Assembly (NCBI GenBank): GCA_030704615.1
Contig: CM060731.1
Span: 32,736,001-32,800,000 of the forward strand
Source of the DNA: Takakia lepidozioides
Lineage: Eukaryota > Plantae > Bryophyta
Direction of reading: 5' to 3'
DNA length: 64,000 bases
Shown in pieces: positions 1-13,605 of the stretch; position 1 is the stretch's first letter; each line of letters starts with the position of its first letter. A program made the position numbers and the translations under genes. The notes beneath the pieces are model-generated. The model was not told the origin of the DNA. It saw nothing but the letters and a program-made list of their open reading frames with translations, and ran no database searches.

Positions 1-682
1 AGGGGCTGCCCCTGTGGTGGGGGCAGCGGCAGCGATAGGTATGGGGGGCTGAAGCACCCTTGAGTGCCCAAGGCACTGAAGGAGGCGGAGGCGCTCACTA
101 GGTGGAGCCCCGCACACCGGGTTGCGGTGGGGGTGGCTCCACAAGGGGTGGTGGTAGCTTAGTGGGACTTAGTGGGGGTGGCATAGGACTCACCATGGGG
201 GCGGAGACCTCGTGGTGGGAGTCGTGGGGAGTCTTGGGACTCATCACGGTCCATAGGGCCGTGGTGAGTGGGCCAAGACTCACCGCGACTCATCACCGGG
301 AGTCGAGGGTTTCGTGGTGGTTCACCATAAAATGGCATGGCTGGTTGTGAAACCCCCGCGGACAGCTACAAAAGTATATATAAGGGGAGTAGTGACCCCG
401 AGAACGGTGCAAGCCCGTTGGTGACCAAAAACTAGTGAGTAAGCGAGCGAGCCGGAAAGCGACCAAAGAGTGGGGAGCTGTTCCGGACTGCCATCTACCA
501 AAGGGAATTCTCCTAGTCCCAAATAGGTGGAGGGTTAGTGGGAAGCGAAGGGGGACCGTTATGTCCCGGTGAGCAGCCGAAGCTCCAAGTTGGCCCGGGC
601 GGCCAGGTTGGGAGTCAGGCGCGCGCATCAAAGCGAGTAACTATGACTTGAAAGGGAGCTTACCGAAGTGAGGTGCGCGACA
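1..682 (+). repeat. 5' LTR (partial) of gypsy copy 1
   Basis: Closely similar to the LTRs at 5348-6079, 48126-48822 and 54001-54725; ends in CA just before the PBS. Confidence 0.95.
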
Positions 683-737
683 CTTGGTATCAGAGCTTAG
701 AGTTCAGTACGCGATCGTCCTTGGGATTGGCCTCATC

Positions 738-3700
738 ATGGGGTCGGGCAAGCCAAAGCGAAAGCGGAACGGCCAAAAAGATGATGATCCTGGTGAGCCC
801 GATGGGGGCGACGTGTCACCAAAGCGGCCGTTTGAGGAAGCGACGCAGGTTCTGAAAGCGAGGCCGCTCAAGAGCGGGAGGAATCCGAGGAGTCGGAGCC
901 CGAGGAATCCCTGAGAGCTCCGACTGACCAACAGATGCCTCCCATGCCGGCAGCCTTTTGGGAAGGGTTGTTGGTGCAGTTTGGCGGGACGTTGAAAGAC
1001 GTGTTGAAGGCGGCTAATGCCACTTCCACTAAGGCAAAGTTTAAAGTAAAGCCTAAGGAACCCGGCACCTTCGAGGGCGTCCGAAATCAAAAGGCACTCA
1101 ACACCTGGTTCCTGGAGCTAGAGCAGTACTTTCCGGCGGGCCACCATCCTCGTCACTCAACAATGGTGGCAGAAACGCCTTCACGACCGAGGTCCAAGCC
1201 CGGAAACCTTGAACTGGAGTGGGTTCAAGGAATTGATGAAGAGACAGTTTGTGCCTCTCAACGCGTCCTGGCTTGCCCGGGACAAGATGAGGAATTTGAA
1301 GCAAATAGAAGACATTCGGGGGTATGTCCAGGCTTTCAATGTGCTGTTGCTCGAAGTCGCGGACATGGCAGAACCAGAAATGGTCTTCAACTTTGTGGCG
1401 GGACTGGCTCCATGGGCCAGGCGGAAGTTGGAGGAGAAGCCACCCAAGACTTTGAACGAGGCAATTGAGAGGGCTGAATGTTTCTCGGATGTCCCTAGGG
1501 GTGTGAGACAAGGCCGTACGGAGCTGAACCACAAGAAGACCCGGCGGGAAGGTGACTCCTTCTGACCGGAAAAGAAGTGGGATAGGCCACGCGGCGACAA
1601 TGGCACGTGGAAATCGAAGGGAGGGCCTTCACACGTCAAGGCGGCACCCGGTGCTTCGAAAGGAAAAGCGGGTGGAGCGGCTTATGGCGGACAGAAGGCG
1701 ACCTTTGATGGAGTGTGTTTCAATTGCGGGGAGCCCGGGCACATGGCCAAGAATTGCACGAAACCTCGACAATTGAACATGACTCGGGCAACCACGGAGC
1801 TGTCGGAAGATACCATCAGTCGCTTGGTGGAAGCGGTGGTCGCCAGGACTTGCAAGGTAGGCAACTATTTTTGTGAGTTGTATCAGGAAACTGGCGCCTG
1901 CGTAAAGGGAGTCAGTTATTGTTCGTGGATGGGATAATATCCGGAACTAACGTGTCGTTGTTGGTGGACACAGGAGCGTCGCACTCCTTCATGACGCCGG
2001 CGGCGGCGCGAAAGTTGGGACTCCCGACAAGTGACGTGGGGGCCTCTATTGAGGTGCGTTCTGCCAAAGGAGAACCACAGATGGCGACAAGGTTGGCGTT
2101 TGATGTTCCTCTTCAACTGGGGAGTTGGGAGGGACGTGAGAACTTCACCATCTGCGAGATCGATGGAGTGGATCTCATTTGGGGATGACCTTTTTGAGCA
2201 AATCCGGAGCGGTCATAGATGGCCGCAAGAGAGTAGTCACGCTGCCATGTGGGAATGGTGGCGAGGTCTTACGAGTGTCGGAAACGCCCAAATCCGTGGG
2301 AGGGCGAATAAACCTTCTGTCAGCAAGGGAGTGGGCCGTGGAGGAGGCACACGAGCCCCAGTTTTTGCTTTACATTAGAGAAGTGAAAGAGAAGGCGATG
2401 GGGAGCCGAGCCCAGATTGGATCAAGGGGATTTTGGAGAAATACCAGGATGTGATGCCGGAGGATTTACCAAGCGGCTTGCCACGCGAAGAGGAGTTGAC
2501 CACAAGATTGAGGTGATACCGGGATCGGAACCGCCTGCCAAGGCGCCCTACCGGTTGAGCCACAGAGAGTTGGTCGAGCTGAAGACTCAGCTCAAAGATC
2601 TAATGTCAAAGGGGTACATCCGGCCGAGTAAGTCACCTTACGGAGCCCCGGTGCTATTTGCAGACAAGAAGGATGGGACGCTGCGGATGTGTGTCGATTA
2701 CAGGGCTCTGAATAAGGTGACTATAAAAAACCGGTACCCTTTGCCAAGGATCGACGACTCTTCGATCGGTTGGCAGGAGCGAAGTATTTCAGCCGGATCG
2801 ACTTGCGCTCCGGCTATCACCAAATTCGGGTGGCGGAAGGAGATGAGGAGAAGACCGCGTGCAGGACAAGGTATGGTTCATATGAGTTTTTGGTGATGCC
2901 TTTTGGGCTCACCAATGCACCAGCGACCTTTAGCACGCTGATGAACAACCTTTTCAGGAGTGGTTGGATGACTTTGTGATCGTGTACATCGACGACATCT
3001 TGGTGTACTCGAAAACAAAGGAGGAGCACCTGGAGCACCTCAAAAGGGTGTTCCAAAAATTGCGGGAAGGGAAGCTGTACGCCAAAGCTTCAAAGTGCGA
3101 ATTCGGGGTCACGAAAGTGGAGTTCTGGGGCATGTGATTACACAGGATGGGATCAAAATGGATGACAGAAAGGTGAGGGCGATCTTGGACTGGGAGCCTC
3201 CGACTTCGGTCCCGGGAGTGCGATCCTTCCTAGGACTCGCCTCCTATTACCGGAAGTATGTGAGAAATTTCGCCAAGATCGCGGGGCCGCTGTCCGACCT
3301 TCTGTGTAAATCCAAAGTCTGGGCATGGAACACTTTTTGTGGCCAAACTTTTGCTGAATTGAAGCAGCGGATGGCGGAAGCTCCAGTCTTGAAAATCCCG
3401 GAGTTCGATCGTCCGTTTGAGATTCATACAGATGCATCGGACTTATGCAAGATGGACGTCCAGTGGCTTACGAAAGTAAGAAACTGAATGAAGTGGAGCG
3501 ACGGTGGCCTACGCACGAAAAAGAGATGAAGGCGGTGGTGCATTGCCTTGAGCTTTGGCGCCACTATGTTGGTTCCAACCCAGTGAAGGTGTTCACGGAC
3601 AATGTCACGGTGAAGTATTTTGCCACAGAACCAAGTTGTCCCCAAACAACTTAGGTGGCAAGATACTTTGGCAGTGTTCGACGTGGATATCCAGTACAAA

Positions 3701-4890
3701 CCGGGACGAGACAACGTGGTGGCCGATGCTTTAAGTAGAAAGCAGCAGCTCTTGTTGGTGCACAGGGCGAGACGGCGCTCCAAAGGAAGATCCGGAAGGC
3801 TTGCCGGAAGGATGAGCTTGCGAAGTCCGTGATGCAGGACTTGAGGATGGGGGTTAAATCGCAGTTCCACTTGCAAAATGGACTGCTCCGGTATAAGCAA
3901 AAGCGTCTCTACGTGCCGAAGGGAGGGATAGGAGATATGGTCCGCTTGCGGGCCACGCGGAGCCAAGCGCACTGCGGCACTCTTGAAGAAAGAGTATTTC
4001 TGGCCCAAACTGAGGGAGGAGGCAGAGGAGTATGTCAAGACATGCACCACATGCCAACAAAACCGGAGCGAGTACAAAAAGCAAGCGGGGCTGTTACAAC
4101 CCTTGCCGATTCCAGAGGGGACTTGGGAAAGCGTCTCGATGGATTTCATGACTGCTATGCCGCTGTCAAAAGGATTCGATGCAATCATGGTGGTGGTGGA
4201 TAGGTTCAGTAAAATGGGCCATTTCATCCCCACCAAGGAGACGGCAACGGCGCAGGAGATAGGGCGACTTTACTTCGCCCACGTCTTAAAGCATCATGGA
4301 GTCCCGAAGGATATTGTCTCGGACCGCGATCCAAAGTTTACGAGTAAATTTTGGAGGGCACTTTAGAAGAAGATGGGGACGAGGCTGAAGATGAGCACCG
4401 CCTTCCGACCTACGACCGACGGCCAAACGGAAAGAGTGAATTCCGTAGTGAAGCAATTCTTGCGGAATTACGTGTCAGCAGACCAATCAGACTGGATGGA
4501 ACACTTAGACGCGGCAGAGTTCTGTTATAATAACACAAAACACTCCGCAACGGGAGTTTCCCCTTTCGTATTGGTCTATGGAAAAGCACCTCTGGTGCCG
4601 ACAAGTTGGGCCGCCCAGGACGTTGAGGAACCGGCAGTAGCGGAGGTAATAGAAGAACGCGAGCGTTTGTTGAAGCTCGCAAAGTACAACATTGCCAAAG
4701 CTAGGAAACGGTATGAAAGGCAGGTGAATCGGAAGCGGAGGGAAGTGAAGTTTGAGGCAGGCACGGAGGTCTGGTTGAACATCAAGAATTTTCGACTACC
4801 TCCGGAAGTGAGTCCGAAGTTCGTACCTCCGTATGCGGGACCCTTTCGCATTCGGAAGGTTATGAATGAGGATGTGTATGAATTGGAGCT
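738..4890 (+). pseudogene. Disrupted gag-pol (GAG-PR-RT-RH-IN)
   Basis: Domain motifs are spread over many frameshifted ORFs (935-1468, 1209-1565, 1713-1937, 1919-2188, 2417-2896, 3095-3487, 3983-4366, 4373-4906). Confidence 0.93.
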
Positions 4891-6573
4891 GATGTACAGA
4901 TTTTGAGCCGATGTATAAAATAAGAGCAACTGTCACAGATGCATTGCTCTCGGGTTACAACAAACTTCTGGAGCCCAAATTGTTTAAGGCTATCGCACCT
5001 GAGTTTGTCATCTGTGCTCCTTTCCAGTGGCATGTCATGCGTACCAATGGTAACGATCTGCAGACGCATTCGGGTTGGTGCAAGAATGGTACACTCAGGA
5101 TGCCCGAGGGATGGTATTCACAAAGAATCGAGATCTTGTGGATGTGGTTGTCATCCCTATTGTCTTCGAGTAAGTAATTTGAGCGTTGACTGATCATGTT
5201 GGGTTACACTCCTCTGTTCTACACTGAGTTGCACTAGTTTGGAGTTGCACTGCTGACTAGTTGTGTTACACCGTTTAGAGTACAGTACAAGGGTTACACT
5301 ATGGGTTACACATGAGATGGGTTACACTACTGGGTTACACCACTAAGTGTCGCGGCCCTTTGCCTTGAGGGCAGGGGGTCGGGACACATACGAGGGGCTG
5401 CCCCTGTGGTGGGGGCAGCGGCCGCGATAGGTATGGGGGCTGAAGCACCCTTGAGTGCCCAAGGCACTGAAGGAGGCAGAGAGGCGCTCACTAGGTGGAG
5501 CCCCGCACACCGGGTTGCGGTGGGGGGGCTCCACAAGGGGTGGTGGTAGCTTAGCGGACTTAGTGGGGGTGGCATAGGACTCACCAGGGGGCGGAGGAGA
5601 CCTAGTGGTGGGAGTCGTGGGGAGTCTTGGGACTCATCACGGTCCATAGGGGCCGTGGTGAGTGGGCAAGACTCACCGCGACTCATCACCGGGAGTCGAG
5701 GGTTTTCTGTGGTGGTTCACCATAAAATGGCATGGCTGGTTGTGAAAACCCCCGCGGGACAGCTACAAAAGTATATATAAGGGGAGTAGTGACCCCGAGA
5801 ACGGTGCAAGCCCGTTGGTGACCAAAAACTAGTGAGTAAGCGAGCGAGCCGGGAAGCGACCAAAGAGTGGGGAGCTGTTCCGGACTGCCATCTACCAAAG
5901 GGAATTCTCCTAGTCCCAAATAGGTGGAGGGTTAGTGGGAAGCGAAGGGGGACCGTTATGTCCCGGTGAGCAGCCGAAGCTCCAAGTTGGCCCGGGCGGC
6001 CAGGTTGGGAGTCAGGCGCGCGCATCAAAGCGAGTAACTATGACTTGAAGGGGAGCTTACCGAAGTGAGGTGCGCGACACTGAGGGTTACACCACAATGG
6101 GTTTCATTGGAGATTTTTTTTTATATTCTGACGTTACGGCTTTGTTTGTGTTGCAGTGATCACTGGAGTGTTGCTGTTTAGAGCGCCGAGGTCGATAGTA
6201 CAGTTGGACTCCATAAAACCATGCACGACCCAAGTTCATTGAAGGAATTGTGCGAAATTTTGCCATAGCGTTCTTTGATTGCATGCCTGGATCTGATGAC
6301 TTCAGTTACGTCATGGAGAGGATGGAATGGTTTGAGGCCAGTGTCCCCCAACAACGGAGCTGTTGGGAGTGCGGCTATTATGCACTTTGTTTTGTTCAAT
6401 TTTACCTGGAGTGGAACTTCAATGTGAAAACCACAGAAGATCGAACCCGTCATAGGCGGGCGTTTACTGCAAGTTGGTTCGACGAGTCAACCATGATAGC
6501 TTCCCATACTCATATGATTAGTTGTCTGTGTGACGAGATGGACAAAGACTTGGTCAAATGGCCAAAGAAATAA
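4891..6573 (+). pseudogene. Ulp1/SENP-like (peptidase C48) SUMO protease remnant, two visible exons (~4891-5170, ~6157-6573)
   Basis: TLRMPEGWYSQRIEILWMWL resembles the Ulp1 L.P..WL....I motif. After a TTGCAG acceptor come DHWSVAV (His), IVQLDS (Asp) and VPQQRSCWECGYYAL (Gln/Cys). Stops and frameshifts are present. Confidence 0.72.
5348..6079 (+). mobile_element. Solo LTR of the gypsy family
   Basis: TGTCGCG...CGCGACA termini flanked by a 5-bp TSD CTAAG/CTGAG (1 mismatch); no PBS or PPT; lies in the Ulp1 gene intron. Confidence 0.92.
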
Positions 6574-7865
6574 ATAGCATCTCTTGATGCATTTTTTGAT
6601 TTCTATGTGGTTTGTTCGTAACACTCACAATTTGGGTTCATGTAATGGGCTTACATGGGATTACACCTTATTGGGTTACATGAAGTGGAGTCATAGACAA
6701 GTACTGGGTACACCTTGGGGCCCTGGGGCAATGGGCTTACACTCTGTGGGTTCACACATAAGTGATGGGTTACACCGTGCCGGGTCTCACAATGTGGGGT
6801 TACACTTATGGGTTACATGCAATGCCAGGCCTCTCAGGGTTACATGCAGGGTGGGCCTTCCTGGCTATGTCAGGGTCACGTAGCTGAAAAAGTATAGTTT
6901 CGTGGCACGTAACCCCACCTTGACAATGCGCACTTGTTTTTTTTTTTTTTTTTTTTTTTTTCACACTGAAGTTTTTGTGCACTGAAGTTCTCAGAGTTAT
7001 AATACATGGGGTTACATACATGAGGGCTATGTACGATGGGTTACATACGATGGGTCACAATAGTGGGGGTAAACATCTGGTCGGGCTACATACTTCTTGG
7101 AGTTACAACACTCTGGGTTACACTCACTCAAGAGGGTTACACAGTTCTGAGTTACACTGTGCACAGTGACAGTGGGCAGGGTTGCCTGTACAAGGGCTAC
7201 GTGTCGTGGGGATACATAAGATGGGGTGATGTAGCATCGGGGTTTACAAACATGCACCCCAAATGTACAATGGGTTACATGCGATGGGTGACAAAAATGG
7301 GGGTTACATGTGTAAGGATACATACTTCTTGGGGTACACAACAATAAGTTACACTCCGGAGGGCTACACTGGTCCATAACATAGGTTGAACGGAATGGTT
7401 ATCTATCTCATGGATTACACGTCCATGGGTTACATATACAGGGTGGGTACACACAAATTGGGTTACACATAGAGGGGTTGCACAGAGAGGGGTTACACAT
7501 ATATGGGTTACACATGCAGGGTGGGTTACACATAGATGGTTGCACATAGAGGGGTTACATATACAGGGGCTAGTGTTGGCGACTAAAGGTGCTCGACTTC
7601 AGCGTCTTCCCACTCTGTATTGAAGGGTCATGTAACCCCGGCAGACTAACCCAGACCCTGTAGTCACACTGTAGTCATCGACTTCTAATTCTCAGAGTTA
7701 CACCACTGACAGCAATATTCTATGGGGTTACATACTGGGTTACACTGTTGATAGTTACATTGCAGTTACACTTGGAGTTACACCACAATTAGGTTACACT
7801 GAAGAGGGGTTACATCGTTGTGTTACATTGTGTGGAGTACCACAGAGGAGTTACACTAAGTAGAG

Positions 7866-10800
7866 CTATGTTACGTTATGAAACCCAAGACGGTTGTAAC
7901 CCTGCGTTGTTGTCACCCCGGCCCAGTGGGGTCCCATGAGTGGGTTACATAAGTTGAATGTGGATGGAAATGGCAAAGTGAATAACACCCCATGAACAGA
8001 CATGTACTTCATATTAAAACTGGTGATCACAAAATAAGTGTCATTGCCAATGGACTCAATGGTCACTCGGTCCCTTTGGCCCATGATGAGTCCCAAGACT
8101 CCCCACGACTCCCACCACAAGGTCTCCGCCACCATGGTGATCGTCTCCTGCCACCCCCACTAAGTCCCACTAAGCTACCACCACCCCTGTGGAGCCACCC
8201 CCACCGCAAACCGGTGTGCGGGGACTCCACCGTAGTGAGTGCCTCCGCCTCCTTGAGTGCCTTGGGCACTCAAGGTTGCTTCAGCCCCCCCGTACCTATT
8301 GATGCCACCGCCCCCACCACAAGGGTAGCCCCTCTACGTCCCGACCCCCTATCCTCAAGGCAAAGGGCCGCGACACTGTTGCTCCTCTCTGCACAGTGTA
8401 ACCCTCGGTTTCAGGGCCTCCTCCCCTTGCAGTGTCACCCTCCGCATCAATGTGACCCACGAAGGCTCGGTGACTGTCTGTCTGCTCAATCCCCCGGACA
8501 ATGTCACCCTCAATACTGACCACCTCCTCCAATGTGACATGTTGTGGCGCGAAATGACTTGGATCTTCGGTCTGCATCATTCGAACAGTGTCATTCTGAG
8601 AGAGGTTGACCACATGATCCTCACAAATACTTACATTGATGCATGGAGGGTTCAACCCAGCATCTCCACATTCAAAGTCATACACAGACTTTGGGTCAAG
8701 CGGGTCCCCGGTTCTTCGATTAAGACCTCCAAAAGAAATGACTGGGGCTGCGGACAAAGAGGTTCGCACTTGGGTGTTCCACCTTGATGTATCATCTTCA
8801 GTATCAGTATCAGAATTCACGGGCAAATCCCACGTCAAGTTTGCTAGGTTCACCCCTAAGTGCAGCTGGGTTGAGTACAATTCACCAACCTGCGACAAAG
8901 ATACAATGGCAGATTGACTTGGAATGATGTCCTCGTCATGTACATCGTCGCTTTGCGGGGCGGAAATTGAATGAAGATGAGGTTTAACCATCTCCTCATC
9001 CTGTAACACAGAGGGCCCATCACTCGTCTGCGCGCCCCCTGTATCACATTGTGGAGGGGCCCCATACACAACTTCGTGAAGCTCACGTTGAGCCTCAAAA
9101 AGGTTTTTGAATGCATTGGCGACTTGATTGGTCATGAGCTCGGACTCATCTGCATCGGGGAAAAGACAAAGGTTTTTAGTCGTGGAACGAGGTTTTTGAA
9201 AGTGCAAGGGTTACACTATATAAGGGTTACACTGACTAGGACAAGATAGTGGTTCGGATTACACGATGTGGGTTACACCACCCTGTTAGAGACAGTGGTT
9301 TGCAATGGGTTACACTAGTGAGATTACACAACGAGAGGGTAACAAATCGAGGGTAACACAACGAGGGATAACATTAGGGGTACACTGATTACAGGGTTAC
9401 ATACTCCGAGGGTTACAGGATTACACACAAAGGGGTTACACAACGAGAGGGGTGATAGTGGATGGAGTAACACTTACAGGGATACCAAGGCACTACAGAC
9501 CCAAGGTCTCTCATATACTAGATGCCCAAATGCGCATTGAAGTCCATTTATATTGGTGATTCGCTGAAGAGGCCACAATACCAAAGCTGGATAAACGATT
9601 CTTTCTGATGGATCACAAAGTGATGGGCGGGGCGACGACGGCTTGCCTTGCAAAACTGTATAGCTCCGTTGATCTTAACTGACCTGTCACCCCACTCTTC
9701 TGTACTCAAACTCGATCTTAAGTCCTCGAGCTCAGAATCCAAGGTCGCAATTCCGTCACCAGGTTGTGCAAAGTACATCAGACTAAAGCCGTAATACTCA
9801 TCGACCAGGTCCTTCACCTTTGAGCCGTAAGAGCACTTTCCAGAAGGTCAGTCGTGAACCCCATCCTGGGGTGCATTTGGGAAACTAACCTGCCATGATT
9901 TCTTACATCGTTGTGGGCCAGAATTATCAAAAGGAGTGGTGGCGGTCCAATGTGCGGTTTGGTGAGATTCTCTATTTGACTGATCAATCCTTCCGCAAAA
10001 CCGCGAGTGAATTCCAACGGATCTGGAACAACCAAACCTTTGATTCCATCTACAATAATAGTGATGACAATAGGATTTGAAGTTTTGGCATCGTCAAGGT
10101 CGGTATTGCCAACAGTTGGTTCGTCCATCGTGTCATCATCATGTGAGGCTTTGGCTCTCTCGATGGACTCGTGTAAGTCTCCCATTTTTTTTCTTTTTCT
10201 GCTTTGGCATGTCAGGATACCCAATGCTCTCCAAATACTCCTTCACCCAATTCAATTCATCTATCATTAACGGACCATGATCCGGCTGGGCTGTAAACGC
10301 CTTGTGGGCAGCAACAACACTGTCCATATCATCGCTTCTAAGATGATGTCGAGCTCCCTGCGCAATACAGCGTGAGGGGTTACACCAGATAAAAGGGTTA
10401 CAGCACGAGGGGTTACACATGAAAAATGGGTTACAAGGAAGGTGGGCTACACGGGGTTACACAGAGGTGGGTTACACACCATAGGGATTTTTAAAGGGGT
10501 CCTCTGTAGGTGGGTTACACTTTGGGTTACACACCACATGAGAGACAGGGGGGGTAACACAAAGGGTTACACGGATAGACAACAGCCCGAAATTTGAAAA
10601 GCAGAGAAATGGCAGGGAATCCAACTTGATTGTCCGTCGATAGATACCAACTTGATTTTGCAGCTGTCGCATGGACTGCGCCCTCGCCTCGCGCAACAAA
10701 TTCTTGGAATGCCGGCCAAAACCCCTTCTCATTGACATTCGGAAATGGGAACTGAGGAATAAGGCCATGCGGTAGCAGAAGGATTGAGCCTGGAGTTCGC

Positions 10801-11429
10801 TTTCGCAAGATGTACCTTGAGCTCCGGTTTCCCCGGTTTCCAATGTTGATTTTCTTTGCAATAGGGACAGGTAGAGGCGGGCTCAATCGCTGCTTGTCTC
10901 TCTCGTTAGGAACCTGCCGAACAGAAGGACCAGGGACAGAAACAGCAGGAGCACCAGAAGATGAAACCTCTGTAGCAGAAGTAGCCGAAGAAAGTACAAC
11001 AGCAGGCACTTCAAAAGGATTTGCAATCTCACCCAAAGCTACCCTATTTTGCAGAATCCATGCATGATATGCATCAATAGAAGAAGTTGGAACAGAATTC
11101 ACCACATTTTCAACAGCCATGGCATGCTTGAGCTCCGCATCAGGAAACGGTTTTGTTCCTTTTGGTCTGGCCATACATGCGGCTGTTCCATTGACAATAT
11201 GCTGATTCAATCTGCTCTTATCTACCTTTATTTCCCCACAGTAAGGACATTTGAACTTAGGCCGGCCCTTTGCTCCCTCCACCTTGGCCTCTCTACACTT
11301 GGTGTGGCAGTACGCGATCATTGTAGCATGCTCATGCTCAGTGTACCAGAAGCGAACTCGTTCGCCATCCCTCTTCAAGTGATCAAATGGAATAGTAGCC
11401 TCTCCAGGGAACAGATAACAATCAGCCAT
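7866..11429 (-). pseudogene. Multi-exon gene of unknown function with N-terminal zinc-finger-like motif, frameshifted and LTR-interrupted
   Basis: ATG at 11429 (MADCYLFPG...) and FKCPYCGEIKVDKSRLNQH motif. Further coding-like blocks at ~10360-9480 and ~9207-8376 are separated by GGGTTACA-filled gaps with splice-like ends. Confidence 0.55.
8067..8375 (-). mobile_element. Truncated LTR fragment of the gypsy family (5' ~310 bp)
   Basis: Reverse complement of the LTR 5' end (GGGCCGCGACA ending at 8375); interrupts the minus-strand gene. Confidence 0.88.
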
Positions 11430-12799
11430 GGCAAAAGAAAAACCTGACAGAAGAGAAGAGAAGAGCAAGAGCAAGACAAGACAAGACAAGAGAAGTCCAA
11501 GAGAATTCCGAAGAACGCACATCAGGGAGAACGCACAACAAGGAGTGCATGAAGAATAGGAAAGGGTTGCGAGAAGGGAAAAACCGAACAATGATCAAAG
11601 AACGAAGAACGAAGCTAGCTAGATGTCACCCGTAAGGCACGTTGGTTAAGCGAAAGACGGCGGTTCATTAAAATCTGGCGGCTTGCAATCAATTACATCC
11701 GCACTGACTCACACGTGTATGAGTTGCAATCCCGGTGTCACCCAGAATAGCGGAGTGTAACCCGTAACCCTACACTTGTGAGCGCGACAAACCGGCCGTT
11801 ACCCGCATGCGAGACACGTCGAGTGTAACCCTCCATCATGTACCCACATATGATGTAACCCTTCGTCATGACAACCTCATGTACCCCTAGTCTATGTGAC
11901 TCCCGAACACAACATCGATGTAACCCTGTCATATCAAACCATTATATGTATATGTTATATCCCTGTAACACCCCACACAATCGACTCTCATGTAGACGAG
12001 ATCATAGATCGGGTAAACATGGTCAATGTAACGCCCCACCCATATAACACTAGCCTATGTGGCTCCGCAAGTGCAACATCCACGTAACCCATCAAACATG
12101 TCAACCCCATCTAAACCTCCATTACTAAACTGTCTACCAAGCCACCATGTATTGAGAAAGAAAACACCGTGTAACCCCCTGTGTGTAACCATAGCACACG
12201 TGACGCAGTCATATAAACCATCAGACATGTAACCGGTTGACAGTGCTTGCAGAACACGCAGGATTTGATACGTATTGCATCCATAATAGTGATGAGTAGG
12301 CTGCCCCGGCTGGTGTGTGAACAAAAGATACACGAGAGGAGAGTGAATGGGCACCCCGTCAAATAAGCGGCTACTTGCATGGCTAGACCGAAAGAAACAA
12401 AACCCTTTCCTAATGCGGATCTCAGGAATACCATAGCCATCGGGGACGGTGACAAAACAACAAGAATGACATTGAGAAAGAAAAAGGATAAAGACAACCG
12501 TATCAATCGTAGAGAAAACCGTATCAATAGATTTGCCGGATCGCTGCGCGGAAAGCGTTGTCTTGCATGTTGCTGGGAGGACGATACTGAACTGAATGAA
12601 CTACAAATCTTTCACATTGATGTGTGAAGCCGATTGGGCGCCACGGGAATTGCAGAAAGCTGATGCCCCAAAGCAAAAAAACGAGCGAGCTAGGAATCTG
12701 CAAAACGGATGGAGAGAGCAAATTAGGGTTTCGGCCTCCATTTCAACCTCCATTCGGCCGTCAGATAGTTTACACGTGTATGATGTACACGAGGCGGAG

Positions 12800-13605
12800 T
12801 TATAGAGGGTGACATGGGTTACAGAGGGTTACAGAGGGTTACATGGGTTACAAAGGGTTACAGAGGGTTACATAGAGTGAGGGTTACATAGGGGTGAGGG
12901 TGACACTCTGCGGTGCTACAGACGGTTACATGGGTTACAGAGGGTTACACCCGGTGAAGGTTACAGAGGGTTACATGGAGTGAGGGTTACATAGGGGTGA
13001 GGGTGACACACTGCGGTGTTACGGAGGGTTACATGGGTTATAGAGGGTTACATGGTGGTGAGGGTTACGGAGGGTCGCAGAGGGTTACATGGGTTACAGA
13101 GGGTCACAGAGGGTTGCATGGACTGAGGGTTACATAGGGGTGAGGGTGACACTCTGCGGTGTTACAAAGGGTTACATAGGTTACAGAGGGTTACATGGTG
13201 GTGAGGGTTACAGAGGGTCACAGAGGGTTACATGGGTTACAGAGGGTCATAGAGGGTTACATCGGTTACAAAGGGTCACAGAGGGTTACATGGAGTGAGG
13301 GTTACATAGGGGTGAGGGTGACACTCTGTGGTGTTACAGAGGGTTACATGGGTTACAAAGGGTTACAGAGGGTTACATGGAGTGAGGATTATATAGGGGT
13401 GAGGGTGACACTGCGCGGTGTTACAGAGGGTTACATGGAGTGAGGGTTACATAAGGGTGGGGTGACACTCTGCAGTGTTACAGAGGGTTACATGGTGGTG
13501 AGGGTTACAGAGGGTCATGGGGTTACATTGGTTACAGAGGGTTACATGGGGGTGAGGGTTAAACCCGGGGTGGGGGTTACGGGGGCTGACGTGCAGGGGG
13601 TTACA
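12800..13605 (+). repeat. Minisatellite built of (GA)GGGTTACA units with higher-order repeats
   Basis: Dozens of GGGTTACA(G/T) units, with recurring GTGAGGGTGACACTCTGCGGTGTTACA blocks. Confidence 0.9.

Larger units (their letters stand above)
1..4890 (+). mobile_element. Ty3/gypsy (chromovirus family) LTR retrotransposon, 3'-truncated copy; 5' LTR begins before the window
   Basis: LTR ends ...GCGCGACA at 682 and the tRNA-iMet PBS TGGTATCAGAGC lies at 685-696. Frameshifted gag (CFNCGEPGHMAKNC zinc knuckle), protease (LVDTGAS), RT (YIDD), RNase H and integrase (GPF motif) follow. Homology to the copy at 48126-54725 stops abruptly at 4890. Confidence 0.95.

Noticed and set aside
98-631. Short ORFs inside LTRs (also 5327-6028, 48028-48573, 53839-54603)
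   Set aside because: GC-rich LTR sequence; frames are not conserved among the LTR copies.
5348-6079. 3' LTR of the gypsy copy at 1-4890
   Set aside because: It has its own TSD, lacks the preceding chromodomain/3' UTR/PPT, and is separated from the copy by unrelated Ulp1 sequence.
12800-13605. Interstitial telomere
   Set aside because: The unit is GGGTTACA with interspersed spacers, not tandem TTTAGGG or TTAGGG.
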